Source of the DNA: the human T2T-CHM13v2.0 reference genome, Homo sapiens
Assembly (NCBI RefSeq): GCF_009914755.1
Contig: NC_060929.1
Strand: one strand, 5' to 3'
DNA: 64,000 nt
Within the stretch, counting starts at the first letter, position 1, and every line of letters begins with the position of its first letter. The notes beneath the pieces were generated by a model. It made no database searches. It saw only the letters and a program-made list of their open reading frames with translations, and was not told the origin of the DNA. Below, in pieces: positions 10,891 to 24,760 of this stretch. Both the position numbers and the translations under genes were made by a program.

Positions 10891-13800
10891 GCTGAGCCAG
10901 CAGCCCACACACTGCAGCGCACCTGCCTTCCTCGAGAAAGCCACGGGACACCTGCTTGAGAGCGTGGGGTCAGACGCTTCTCCTTCACCTGCAACATGGA
11001 CTCATCATGCGCTCCGTATTGCACGTGGACTTTGGCCGCAGAGAACCCTGTGCTGGCACAGCTAAGGGCTCAGACCCCCGGGGAAGATAGGTCTCTCAGA
11101 AGGCACCAGAATGGGAACCAGAGCCAGGTGAGGGGCTTGAGTGGCGAAGGCACCTGTAGAAGCCACCCAGCCCTGGGCCCAGCTACCTCTCTCAGGCTGA
11201 GGCCACGCGACAGAGACCCGAACTGTGTATCCAAGAAAAATGAAAACATAAAACCGCATGGACATCCTGCCGCTTGTCAACTTTCCATCCTGAATCAAGA
11301 GAACATGCAGCCTCCTTGCAAGAAAACCAATGAGTTCACCTCCAACTAGGACTTCCCACATGAGGACAAGGACAGACCCAATCCTGCCAGTGCCTCTTGC
11401 AGGCATCCAGGAGAGCCACCTGTGGCCACCGCCCTTCGGGCTCTCCCCCTGCCCCAGCAATCCTCCCACCAGGTCTGCATTTGAATACTCAGATCAATGG
11501 CTTCAGATGGAACCTAGCAAAGACTGATGGAGTCCATCCCATCCCATTTATCTCTCCCAGCCGGCGTTTCCTCTCAATTATACTCGTCTAGGGTACAAAA
11601 TCAGGATGGGTGGTGGCACCCAACATTGCCACTCCTACATATTAAATGGAATGAAAACCAACTTAAGAATTACTTCAGGTGTCTGGCTCTCCAGGGGCAG
11701 AAGCAAATCCAGCAAAAATCCCCAATTCTCTCTTCTCTCTACAGCCAACCACAGCAAACCAGGGAGAGGGAAAGCCCGAGAGAATGAGAATAGACAGGCA
11801 TTCATTCAGGCCTTAAACTGGCCTTGCTTTTCTGGGATCCTGCATTCGGGGTCCCTTATCTTTCTCTTCCGAGTGCCTTCCCAGCCCTCCACCTCACCCC
11901 TGGTCCCCATGCACACTTCACTCCTCTGATTGTTTCTAGATTGGCAGGAGGTCTGGGAACTGTGCCTGCAGCTGAAATGGAGAAAACCCATCCAGCACCT
12001 CCCCTTCCATCGGTAATTAAACCTCCAGCCCAGAGCCAGCCCTGCCTAGGATGCCAAGCAGCGCTTCTGCTTGTGAATCCACTTTGATCTCTGCAAGGAC
12101 AACCTGTCCCCACCCTGCCCTGCTCGCCACTGGAAGGTGCCTGGTGGACACCGTGGTTCGTACCCAAGTTACAACGGATAAACGACCTCTCCCTGCAAGG
12201 CCTTTCACAATGTGCATTTGAGGCGAGGAAGGGGGATTCATGGAACACCACTCCATTCTCAAAGGCTGAAAGATCAATTTGCAAAATGGATAAGCTTAAA
12301 TGCCTTTCGCATTTCACAAAAACCTCTGGGAAAAGTTCTGTACTTCTCTCAGATACAAATAACTGGGACTGTGAGAGATGCCACACTCTTGATGCTGGGT
12401 TATCTAAAATATTTATTAAGGTCTGACCTTGCTCTGTCTGCCTTCAGCCTCGCACTCCTCTGCAGAACTGATCTGACTGCTGTCACTACCGCAGACTTCC
12501 CAGCCAGATAAATCGTAAGGCCACATCTCCCCATTTCTCTTGTTTGACATCTTGGTGATATTTAGCCCTCTGGAAATTGGCTCCTCCCATGGCCACAGGA
12601 CACTTCATGCTTCGGCTGCACCTCCTACCCTCTGAGGGCTCCATCTCATTGCTGGGTCCTCTGCCTCTGGTCCCTGGGGGTGTTGGGACTCTTAAAGTTT
12701 CTGTCCCCAGCCCTCTAGTTCTGTGGACCGAGGCCTTTCCCACCTGGCAGGACAGCCTGAAGAACACCGGTCGGAGCTTCTTTCTCTCACCGTGTGAGGC
12801 AAACTGTCATCATCCACCAGCAGAGGCAGAGGTGAGCAGCCCCACAGCCCACGGCCTCAGGGTGGGCAGCACTGGCCCCTGTGGGGTCATGTACCCATCG
12901 AGTGTGCACTCACGCCCTGCAAGATGACACCCTTCTGCACACAAATGCATAACCCGACAAGGCACGTTGCTGAATTCACTCCAGAATCATGTTTAAAAAG
13001 CAAAACATGCCCAGCTTCCAAACAGAGTCGAGCACTAACTGCAATCGCAAGAAAACCTGAGTTTCTAAAGTAGCGATCAGAGGGTCTACGGATGGAGCCC
13101 AGACAGCCTTCCGGGCAAACTCTTCGCTTCCTCAGCCCCAGTCTCTAATCCCCACAAACCCTCCAGGGACCTCCACTCTTCCAAATACCTGAACCCCCTG
13201 TTCCCCTACCCATCTCCTCTTTCGGTCTTTGTAAGGAGCCGTCTGTGTCCAGTGGCACCGCCTGGCAGCTCCACGGGGCCTGGCTTAAGAATGAGCAAAG
13301 CCCCGGACCCCCCCGCCGAGCCCCACCAGCCCGTGCATGGGGGCCCCACAGAGGGTTCATGCAGACAAGACATGCTAGAGGCCTGTGGGGACCTCGAGGG
13401 CCGTTCTGCCCCATTGCTGCACAGCGAAAAGAAAATAATAATAATTTCTAAGACTTTCAGGTTCAGTCTCCCAAAGTACTTTTCCAGGAACATACTTTGA
13501 AAGAACACCATAGAAAATACGATCCCAGTGACATGAAGCTTCAGACATCCTCGTGATTTAGGGGGCGAGACGGCGAAGGGATCTCGGGAAGAATTTGTTT
13601 TTGTTTCTGAAATGTCAGAAGAAAACACACCTTTGAGATGAGCCTGTACTGTTAGCGTTCAAACTCCCCCTTGTGCTTTGCTTGGGTCCCGCGTGTGCTG
13701 AGCAGGAGAGAAAGGCGTGCAGAGAGGTCTGCTCCTGGGCCTCCCTTCGTAAGGGCAGTCGGTTCCAAAGGCCACGTGTAAAGCACAAAGTCTCGAACAC

Positions 13801-13935
13801 TTTCTTTTCTTCTCTTTTTTATTATACTTTAAGTTTTAGGGTACATGTGCACAACGTGCAGGTTTGTTACATATGTATACATGTGCCATGTTGGTGTGCT
13901 GCACCCATTAACTCGTCATTCAACATTAGGTATAT
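13801..13935 (-). mobile_element. L1PA 3'-terminal fragment (~135 bp)
   Basis: Poly-T tail followed by attatactttaagttttagggtacatgtgcacaacgtgcaggtttgttac, the reverse complement of the young L1 3' UTR. Confidence 0.95.
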
Positions 13936-14949
13936 TAAAGCACAGATGATATTCAAGAGCAACTCATTGGAAGAGTTGCCAAAGCGTGTCTTCAGGGTAT
14001 ACAAAGGTTGTTCCGGAAGGAGCGTGAAGGCTCCAGGTGCCGATGTGGATCATGGATTCAGCCAAGCAGGCGAATGTGCACTGAGCCTGCACTGACTGCC
14101 TACTGTATGCCTGGTACATGCAGAGATAGAGGAAAGGGCAGAGGCTCTGTCCTCAAACCTCGCACACGCTCAGCAGGAGGTGCACACACGTCAGCTGTGA
14201 GCACCGTGTACCCTGCAGGGACGGAGACACAGCCTCCCTACAACTCACCCAGCCCCAGAGGCACGTGCATGCACTCACACGTGCACGGCGAGGGGACCTC
14301 ATGTTTGACACGCTCTGGACTTCACAAGCTCATCTCCTGGAATTCCACTGTGTCGGGATGAGTTTTGTGTTACTGAGAGAGGAACTAAAGCTGTCTTTTT
14401 CTCTTACTAAGCAGAATGCCCAATTCTCCTCCAGAAATGGACCACAAAACTGCAAAATGCAAGAGAAGGCACTAAAATCTCAGCATCCTCTGAACACAGA
14501 AACACTTTAGCAAATTCATGACTGGAAAAAAAGTTCCAGTAAGCTGGCGAGGTTTCAGAGAGCGGCTGCTCTGAGCTCGCCTTTTTATTCTGAAATTCTT
14601 ATCAGCAAAATGCTAAAGTGGATTGATGCCATTAACATCTCCTCTCTGCTTTCCTTGGGAACTCAACATTCATTATTATCGAAAATATAATATTTATGTA
14701 TTTCAAGAAAATAGAGAAAATAAACACACAGTCGTCACACCGCTCGAGAGTTACTGGAATTCTCCTGTGTCCGAAGGAGCGAGTTAGAACCTGGGACCTG
14801 GCGGCAAAGCTGGGTGTTTTCAAGGACGTGGGTCCAGCCTCTTCCTCCCCCACATCTGGGCCTGCTGAAGAGTATCTGGCCCAACGGTAATGGTCAGCCG
14901 CCAAGTTTCTGAGAAGGCTGCTCGGAGTACGTTGATATTTCATTGAAGA

Positions 14950-15010
14950 CCTGCCACAACCTTATGACAGTTGTACTATCCTTTACAGGTAAGGAGACAG
15001 GATGCAGTGC
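14950..15010. mobile_element. MIR fragment
   Basis: cacaaccttatgacag...tcctttacaggtaaggagacag resembles the MIR core (cacaaccctatgagg...ccattttacagatgaggaaactga). Confidence 0.5.
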
Positions 15011-16599
15011 TAGCCTAATACTTTACCTTTTTAATCTATTAATCTACCACCTTAGGGACATGATTTTAAATCCACTCCAGAGCAAAGTGACTGAAAATCA
15101 TTCTGGTCTGACAGCTTTAAAAGATCAGAAGTGAAACGTGTTAGGAAGGTCTCAGCCTGTTGATACCGCACGAGTTCAGCTGTTTGGGATTCCCCCGCCC
15201 TGGTGAGGGTGTACCCTTCCTGTTCAGAGGGTCCGGATCGGGCCTCACGTACCAGCAGGAAAGTGTTCGTATTAGACGGGCGAAAGTGATCCAGGAGCAT
15301 GGACATCGGTCTGGGCTGAGGATGGGGAGCGCTGATGGAGTTGGAAAATCCTCAGAGTTTGGGGGAAGGTTTGCTTACTGCGTATTGGGATGAGTGGCTG
15401 GCGTCACGAGAGCCAGTTAAAAGCGAGGGAATGAAAGCCAAGTGCTTGCTCCACGGAGCCACATGGCAGGACAAAACGGGACAAAACAGAATTATATGTG
15501 TGTGTATATATATATACACACACATATAATTTAAAGATCAAAAACTAAAATCATAATAATAGTAATAAAAGACTCACTTCTCACAGTGGTCATAGGTCCA
15601 ACATGCACGTGTGGCCGTTTGCAGGCCAACCTTCCAACTATGTGAAGCGGCAACTACAGAAAAGTTTGCATTCTTGCCGAAAGAGACCTTTTCTTTTGTA
15701 CTTTGGAAACCAGGAATTATGCTAAGATGTTTACTTCTTGTTGCAAAGCAGCCACCTCCTTTTCTCATATAGAGCTACTAAGCACCCATGCATACACGGA
15801 CACCCGAGGTAAGAGGAAGGGGCCTTGGGGGGTGCTGCTGGCATCAGACAGTGCATTGAGAGCACCCCATGCAGGGTAGACAGTGCTGCTGAGAGAGAGG
15901 TTGCTGAGTGAGGAACAGGGTGACTTCTGCCTCCCTGTGCCACCCAGGGCCACATCCTCTGCCTGCTCAGACAGGCTGATATACATGGGGACCGCTGGTT
16001 CTGGGGTAGCAGCATGGTCAGTTTGAAAATGCCTAAGCAGCAAACCTCAGATGTTTATGCACCAGCAGGGGCGACGGATGCCAAGGTGGCTCCTCCTGGA
16101 CATACAGGGTTCTCCCGAGTGAGGCTCCTGCGCAGAGGCCTCAAAGCCCAACTACCTCTTTAGAACAGGCATTGGGCAACTCCATTCCAAAATCAAGGCC
16201 TGGGCTCCCCTGGGCTCTGCAGGGCTCCCCTGGGCCAGGCTGGGGAGAGGCAAGCAGAGGGAGAGTGTGGTCTGCAGGGTCTGCGGCCTTCACTTCCAGG
16301 AGAGAGGGGCAGGGCTCAGAGGCCCTGTCTGCTGTGGAGCTGCTCCCCTCCTAGCGTGGGGAGTTGCACATGCGGAGGAGCATCCCCTCGGCAGGTGGAT
16401 GTGGAATTAGCACCCAAGGCCTGCAGCTAACATGCAGTGGGCAGCCCTGCAGCCGGAAAGCTGGCCCAGCACAGCACGCTTCTGTGCAGGGATCTGAGAC
16501 GTCCTGGGAAGGGGTGAGCAGGGGATGCTGGAACAGCCAAACCGGGCGCTCCTGGAACATCTCGGGCAAGAGTGCAACAATAGGAATGTGACCCAGAGA

Positions 16600-17008
16600 T
16601 GAGGATGCGGCTCATTATGGGTTTCTGGGGAGGTGGGAGCTCTGACGGGTGTGAGGGAATGGGATGCAGGGTTACTGTTGGTGTCTGGTGAGGTGTGAGC
16701 TGTGCTGGGAGTGAGGGGAGGGTGGTGCAGGGTCATTGTGGGTATCTGGGGAGGTGTGAGTTGTTGGGTCTTAGGGGAAGGTGGTACAGGCTCAGTGTGT
16801 GTGTCTAGAGAGGTGTAAGCTGGGATAAGAGTGAGGGGATGGTGGTGCAGGTTCACTGTGTGTCTAAAGAGGTGTGAGCTGGAATGAGAGTGAGGGGATA
16901 TGGTGGTGCAGGCTCACTGTGGGTGTCTAGAGAAGTGTGAGCTGTGACGGGAGGGAGGGGATGGTGGTGCAGGCTCACTGTGGGTGCCTGGGGAGGTGTG
17001 AGCTTGGA
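16600..17008. repeat. Degenerate G-rich minisatellite, ~60-bp unit, ~6.5 copies
   Basis: Recurring ggtgtct.g.gaggtgtgagct....gagtgagggga.ggtggtgcaggctcactgtg at ~60-bp spacing. Confidence 0.9.
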
Positions 17009-17060
17009 ATGGGAACGTGGAAACCAGGAGCAAGGAAGAGTGGCTGGGAATCCCATGAGT

Positions 17061-17199
17061 TCAGAGCCGGCAGCTGCAGCTCAGGTGCCCCAGCCCACAG
17101 AGGGAGTCCGTCGGGCTGGCACTGGGAACTCAGAGCCGGCAGCTGCAGCTCAGGTGCCCCGGCCCACAGAGGGAGCCCATCGGGCTGGCACCAGGAACT
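17061..17199. repeat. 2 x 69-bp tandem duplication
   Basis: tcagagccggcagctgcagctcaggtgcccc...cgggctggcac starts at 17061 and 17130. Confidence 0.95.
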
Positions 17200-17299
17200 C
17201 GGGTGTACAAGTGCACAGGTTTGTCTTGCTCCTGGCGGCATCCTGGGAGCAGCAAGCACAGGGATGATGGTGACAGCCTGGGGACTGTAAGGGGGACAC

Positions 17300-17428
17300 T
17301 TTCTTTTTCCTGCACACTTTTCTCTCCAACTCTTGCCCCTTCCTGGCCTCTAGGATTGCCTCCCAAATAAACTCCTGTCCCCAAATTCTTTACTTAGAAA
17401 CTGCTTTGGGGCAGTCCAAGTTAAGAGG
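17300..17428 (+). mobile_element. LTR16-like ERVL LTR 3' end
   Basis: cctcccaaataaactcct...ctgctttggggcagtccaagttaaga resembles the recalled LTR16 terminus. Confidence 0.45.
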
Positions 17429-18439
17429 TTTTAAGGCATGAATGAGGGATTTGGGAGGAAGTGTTATCAAAATACACCTTGGAAATATCATAAAAGAATG
17501 GCCAGTGCTGACCATGTGGACAAAGAAGGGAGGGGAAGACAGGAACACAGGGGTCTTGCCTGCAGGAGGGCAAGGCGTCCCAGAGGGGTGTGGAGACAGG
17601 GGAGTTCCGAGCATGAGTTGGGAGTCATCTGAGAAAATGCTCCCTCTTTGCCATTAAAAGAAATAATAATGATGATGAAAAAGAAAACATTATGAGAAAA
17701 TGCTATTGCAGTAGTCAAGGTTACTAAAACATGACCTCGTTATTCATTTAAAAATGTTTGGATTAGACTACATTCAGGAAACACAGCGTTTTTATCTAAC
17801 TCTGTACTGTAATTAGTGAGTTCATTTTGATGTACCCAGGTGAGTAATGCATCCCCTTTCTTCCATCAAATTGCCCTACCCATTAAGAAAAAACAGTCTC
17901 TGTTTTTTTATCTCTCACCCTGGACATATTCCTAATTAGTTTGCTTTTTTTAATTAGAAGAGAATTGCTCAGCCTTCGAATTGTCCCCCACTTAATGAGC
18001 TTCTCCAGATGTTGAATTAGAAACCAAAAAACTACAGAAAAAACAGCTGGACATTAAATAAAACAGGAATTACCAACAGGTCACCTGGGAAACAATTCTA
18101 TATCCTCACATTAACGCTAAGTAACCCCTGGCGTGGCGTTTTTCCTGTAGAAATGATCAGGCCCTCAGCAGGAGATCCACACAGTCCACTCATCACTCCC
18201 AGAGGCTGCCTCCTTCTTCCCACCCGCTACCTCTCAGCCCGAACACCGTCCTGCAGCTGCCCCTGGCATTTATGACACCTGACTTGCAGTTTCTGGCTCT
18301 CCTGATGACATCTTAGGGCGGCTGGGTAAGACCCTTCTCATACGAATTTCTCACCTCCATCTCCCTGACAGTGACCTCCTCAGAGTGATCTGGCTCTGTT
18401 TTCCTTAGCAGCTAGCTCTCTCGGTGACTTAGGGTTTAA

Positions 18440-18825
18440 TATACACCATGGAATACTGTGCAGCCATAAAAAATGATGAGCTCATGTCCTTTGTAGGGAC
18501 ATGGATGAAACTGGAAACCATCATTCTCAGCAAACTATCGCAAGGACAAAAAAACAAACACCGCATGTTCTCACTCTTAGGTGGGAATTGAACAATGAGA
18601 ACACATGGACACAGGAAGGGGAACATCACACACCGGGGACTGTTGTGGGGTGGGGGGAGGGGGGAGGAATAGCATTAGGAGATATACCTAATGCTAAATG
18701 ATGAGTTAATGGGTGCAGCAAACCAACATGGCACATGTATACGTATGTAACAAACCTACACGTTGTGCACATGTACCCTAAAACTTAAAGTATAATAATA
18801 ATAAAATTAAAAAAATAAATAAAAG
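18440..18825 (+). mobile_element. L1PA (about L1PA3-5) 5'-truncated 3' end with ORF2 C-terminus, 3' UTR and poly-A
   Basis: tatacaccatggaatac...gatgaaactggaaaccatcattctcagcaaactatcgcaagg; G-rich 3' UTR tract; aaacttaaagtataataataa followed by an A tail. Confidence 0.95.
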
Positions 18826-19047
18826 AAACTCAGGAGAGGCTCTAGGAATAAACGTATATGGACAGAAAATGCCCAAGCCTGACTATTTATAATGCCCAGC
18901 ATTATAAATAAGGAATCACTACAATTAGAACTATTTAGATATTTAATGTCAGATACAGAAGAGTCAGAGAACATCTAATATATACAGAGGTGTTCAGTAA
19001 ATGTTAGTTGACAGGGTAAATGAGTTTAAGCATTCCAGAACCATAGT

Positions 19048-19143
19048 TCAAATGTCACATGTACCCTAAAAATATGTACAACTATGTATCAATAAAAAAC
19101 TAACAAACAAAAACTGAAAAAATAAATAAATAAATAAAATAAA
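19048..19143 (+). mobile_element. Older L1 (L1PA-late/L1MA) extreme 3' end with A-rich tail
   Basis: cacatgtaccctaaaaatatgtacaactatgtatcaataaaaa followed by (AAAT)n. Confidence 0.65.
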
Positions 19144-22100
19144 GAGGAGTCTCACTTTGAGACAGGAGTCTGTGGCCTGCCAGGGCTACTGCGAAGGTGA
19201 GGGTGAGAAAGCCTTGCAGGGCAGGGCACCCCCACCCTGTCCCCAGCATTCACACCGCAGCCTCAGCCGTCTCAGGACGAGCCGTCTGAGTGCACCATGA
19301 GCAGCTTGCACCACGGCGATCTCTACACACTTGCAATGCCAGGTTGTCCTTCCCGGATACAGGACAGCTGCCATCCGGGGCAGTGTACCCACAGGTGTTT
19401 CCCGTAGAGACACCGGCCCCTCCCCAGGGCTTCATCCTCTCCACCTTATCCCCGGGTCTCAGGACTCGAGCATTGACACACCTTAACTCCTCGTCAAAAA
19501 GCGGAGTGGCTTTAACAGATGTTTGCATCCATAAACAGGCTTGCTTCAGGTGCTTCCCTTCACGAGAAATGAAATCTGTGTTCTCCCCCAAAGACCAGCC
19601 TCCGGTGGTAGCGACAGGATTGTCCCAGAGCCAAGGCCCCCAAGAGCCAGCTTCCTGGGAACGTGAATCCTCTCACTTAGGGTTGGGGACGGATGGCCTG
19701 AACCCTGTGCTCCTTCTGGAACTCCATGTTCTTCAGGACAGCCGCATCCAGGCCATTGGCCAATGTCCTCGTTCGGAAATGCCAGAATGTTCCCACCTTC
19801 CTATCCTGCGCTCTCCTCACCACTCTTTGCTTCCAGGGCACGGCTCTGGTCCATCGGGTCTCCACTCCTTGCTGCCACACCCTTGGAGACAGCGAGTGTC
19901 TCAGCAGGATCACTGCCATCCTTGACATCGGCCCTGCCCATCCCTCCCAGCAGCAGAGGTGGTCTCCGGTCCTGCGTCCCTCCAACCTGCTTCAAGCCCC
20001 ACTCCCAGAGGCCTTCTCCAGGCCACATGGAACTTTCTCTGCCAGGGACTCACTCTTCCAAGAAGACGTGGAGGGCAGTGATTCTCCTCAATGCAGCAGG
20101 TGCTTGTTGGGCCCTGCAGGGTGGGGCAGGAGGTTGAGATGGTGGCAAGACAACGCTCTGCAGCATCTCACACCACTGCCCAGGGACACCAGCCCACCAG
20201 CCTAGGGCACCGGCACTGGGAAATTCCGTCAATCGTGAAATTATTAATGCAAAATGCATGACAAAAATAAAACCCCAAAGATCTGCCTATCGTTTTCATA
20301 ACTGCACATTCGTATTTCAGATTTAGTTAAGTGCACGGTAAGTTTCTGGTTATAAATGCACTCGTGAACTATTAATAAAAATTTAAAGAATACAATGAAT
20401 CACCTGTGTGATCTGACTAGCCCATCATTTTAATATGCAGAATTTCATTTTAGTCTTTATTCTGTGCACCTGCATTTCTAATGCAGTCAGGATTCTGGCG
20501 TCGATGATTTTGTGTCCTATTTCTTTTAATAAAAATGATCTGCTTGGCCTTCTGTCACTTATTTTTGCCTTTGAGAAAATGCCTTTGATGTTTTCTGTCT
20601 TTGCTACCTGAACTATATTTAGTTTACTTTATTTCTTCTAGGAAGAAATAAAGTGTATATTCATTCTGCCTTCAATTATTTGCATGATTACTTTACATTT
20701 AGAAATATTAATTCATATTTTTATTATTAAAAGCAAATATAAGATCACTTTCATTTCCTAACACAAGATGCAATTGTAGTGTATTTTTACCATCTTCCAA
20801 CACCCTTGGTTTCCTGATAGATCTGAGGTTGGAGCCACAGCTCACCTTCCTCTCAATACTCAGACCCTCCATCACCTCCTCTCCAGCCTCTTTTGGGATT
20901 CCGTCCATGTTTCCTTCTAAGGCCCCAGGCCGTTCTCAGCCTCTCTGCCCCATGTGTGTTCGCTTCAACTCCCAGGCTTCTTTTGCATCTGAAGTTGTAG
21001 GTTTTATCTTTTAAAAAAGGTCCCTAAGCGTCCTGCTGGCTGAGGCTGTTTATCAGGGTGACATGTCTACATTGCCGGGAAGCTTTCAGCTGCAGCGACA
21101 CAAGTGCTGCTGCAACAGGCCAGAACAAGGCGCCTGGACTTGCCTAGGGCAGAGGCGAGGGAGGCTGCGCAGGTGGCGGGTGGAGAAGTTAAAAGGCAGC
21201 ATCAATGCTGCAGGCGTGTTCTGCCCCTGGCTCTGTGACATGGAGCAGTCATTTCATCCCAGGCCTGGAAGCCCTCATGGTCACAGCAGGGCTGCCAGCG
21301 CCCCTCCAGGCCACACACTTTCTCCCTCAGTCATGCCTCCTGGGTGAACATGGCTCTGTGTCACAATCAGATGGTTCTCCCAGCAGCCTCCACACATCTC
21401 TCTTTAGGTCTCCTTATCTGAATTGGGTCTATTCTCATTTCTGACCCAGTTGCAGGCAGAGTCTGGGATTAGTCTGGTCATGTCAGGCCTGTGGTGGACG
21501 GGGCGAGCGGCCGGCTTCCTCTGAGTCTCCTGGCCACCTGGGGAAGACATGGGAAGCCACCAGAAAGCAATCTCGAAAGAGGGAACGGTGAACACATGTG
21601 CTCTACAGGACACTAGCTTTCATTGCCTTCCTGCCTAAACAACCAGTCACCTGGGTGTAAAACGCTGAAATAAAAGTATAATTTCCTAAATCTTTATAGA
21701 GTTGGTCTTGCCAAGAAGTTGGGGTAAACCTCACTTTTGCTCCCCTTACAGAGCAATACCTTTTTACATCTCTGTGATTAAAAAATAATACATTTGCAAG
21801 CACTATTTTTCCTGGAATATGCTGAGCATTGAAAATTTTCTTTTTTAAGACAGGAAAATTTCCTTCCACGTTTTTTCTGATAGGCTTGTCTTTTAGGTGC
21901 CTTAGCTTGTTCTATAAGAACATATACAACTTAGTTGAGATTCTATTCTCTGCCGTCTGTACCAACTGATACCATCATTTTCAAAAAACAAAACAAAACA
22001 ATTAGCTGCATTTTTTTCCTGATCACTAAAAAAGTATGTTCCTTGTTGAAATCACACAATACCAAAAGCTACACAGATGAGCACGAACATCATATATAAG

Positions 22101-22709
22101 TCCACCACCAGGGGGAAAGGCAGTATTCATTCACATTTTACCACGTATATTTCTGATCTTTTTTTTCCATGTGACATACTTCAATTCATGTGTTTAATAT
22201 CCCTCAAATATTTCTCAGCAGCCTATTATGCTGTCCTTTGAATAGATCCCACTAACAGCACACAGAGTACAGGGCTTCAACATGTCAGTTGGTTATTTTT
22301 TCTCCTATACTTTTATCAGTTCGATATGGATTTGTTCCTGTTTGTGCTCAGTTTTAGGGTTGCCTTTTAACTTAAAAAAATTAATAATTGTATTTTTGAC
22401 CACGTAAGAGGTTTTCATGTTGCAAAAATCAGCACTTCCACTCCCTCCTCAGCCTCTCCAGGAACTGTTTTCCTCGCCTGCTCTAGGCTGTCCTTTCTGG
22501 GTTTTCTTTTCCCTGAGTAAGGAAGGATGTCTGTTTGTGCTTCACCTTCTCTCCGACACGAGCCATCCCTGAGTGCACCCGCAGCAAACACGCCCTGCTA
22601 AACTTGCCTCCACGCCCGCCCCCTCCGCCTCCGTGTCCTGTGACCACGCAGCTCTGTGAGGGGCTGTCCCTGTCACCATCAACATCTCTATGACACAGTT
22701 CACTGTAGG

Positions 22710-23155
22710 AACGTCTTGGGGTGCCACGACAAAGGGGGCGGCCTAAAACAACAGAAGTTTAATCCCTCACAGTTCTGGAAGCCAGAAGTTTGACATGCAG
22801 GTGACACAGGGCCACGCTACCTTCAAGGCTGAAGAGAAGGAGCCTTCCTGCCTCTTCCGGGGTCTGTTGCCCCCACTTGTTCCTTGACTGGTGGCTGCAT
22901 GGCCCCAGTCTCTGCCTCTGCCTCCTGGTGCCCTCCTCCCCGGGCCTGTGTCTGAGCTCCCTGTGCCTCACAGTCACAAAGACGCTTGCCATTCATTGGG
23001 TTTAGGGCCCACCCAGGTAATCCTAGATAAGCTCCTTTTCTCACATCCTCAACTAAAGTACTTCTGCAAAGACCTTTTTTCCAAATAAAGTCCCATTTAC
23101 AGGTGCTGGGGGTTGGACGTGGATACCTTTTGGGGGCTACTGTTCAACCCACTCC
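22710..23155 (-). mobile_element. MLT1B/C-like MaLR LTR
   Basis: aaaacaacagaagttta..ctcacagttctggaagccagaagt; tctgcaaagacc..tttccaaataaagtc; ctgttcaacccac. Confidence 0.8.
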
Positions 23156-23199
23156 AGGCAGGGATTGTCAATGTCCTGCCCCCATCTGTGTGATGCCCT

Positions 23200-24760
<1,561 letters not shown>

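Noticed and set aside
13779-13944. taaagcaca on both sides of the small L1 as a TSD or 3' transduction
   Set aside because: The left copy is 13 nt away from the poly-T tail and does not resemble an L1 endonuclease site. A 9-bp match may be chance.
14975-14993. Pyrimidine-AG|GTAAG motif resembling a recursive splice site
   Set aside because: Explained by a MIR-derived sequence, and no + strand host gene is evident.
18429-18701. ORFs over the L1 3' end, and similar Alu-derived ORFs at 26623-26946, 30699-31044 and 34510-34695
   Set aside because: Translations of repeat sequence, not genes.
19290-20205. Cluster of 120-210-aa ORFs
   Set aside because: No recognisable domain or consistent splice structure; multiple overlapping frames in GC-rich DNA.
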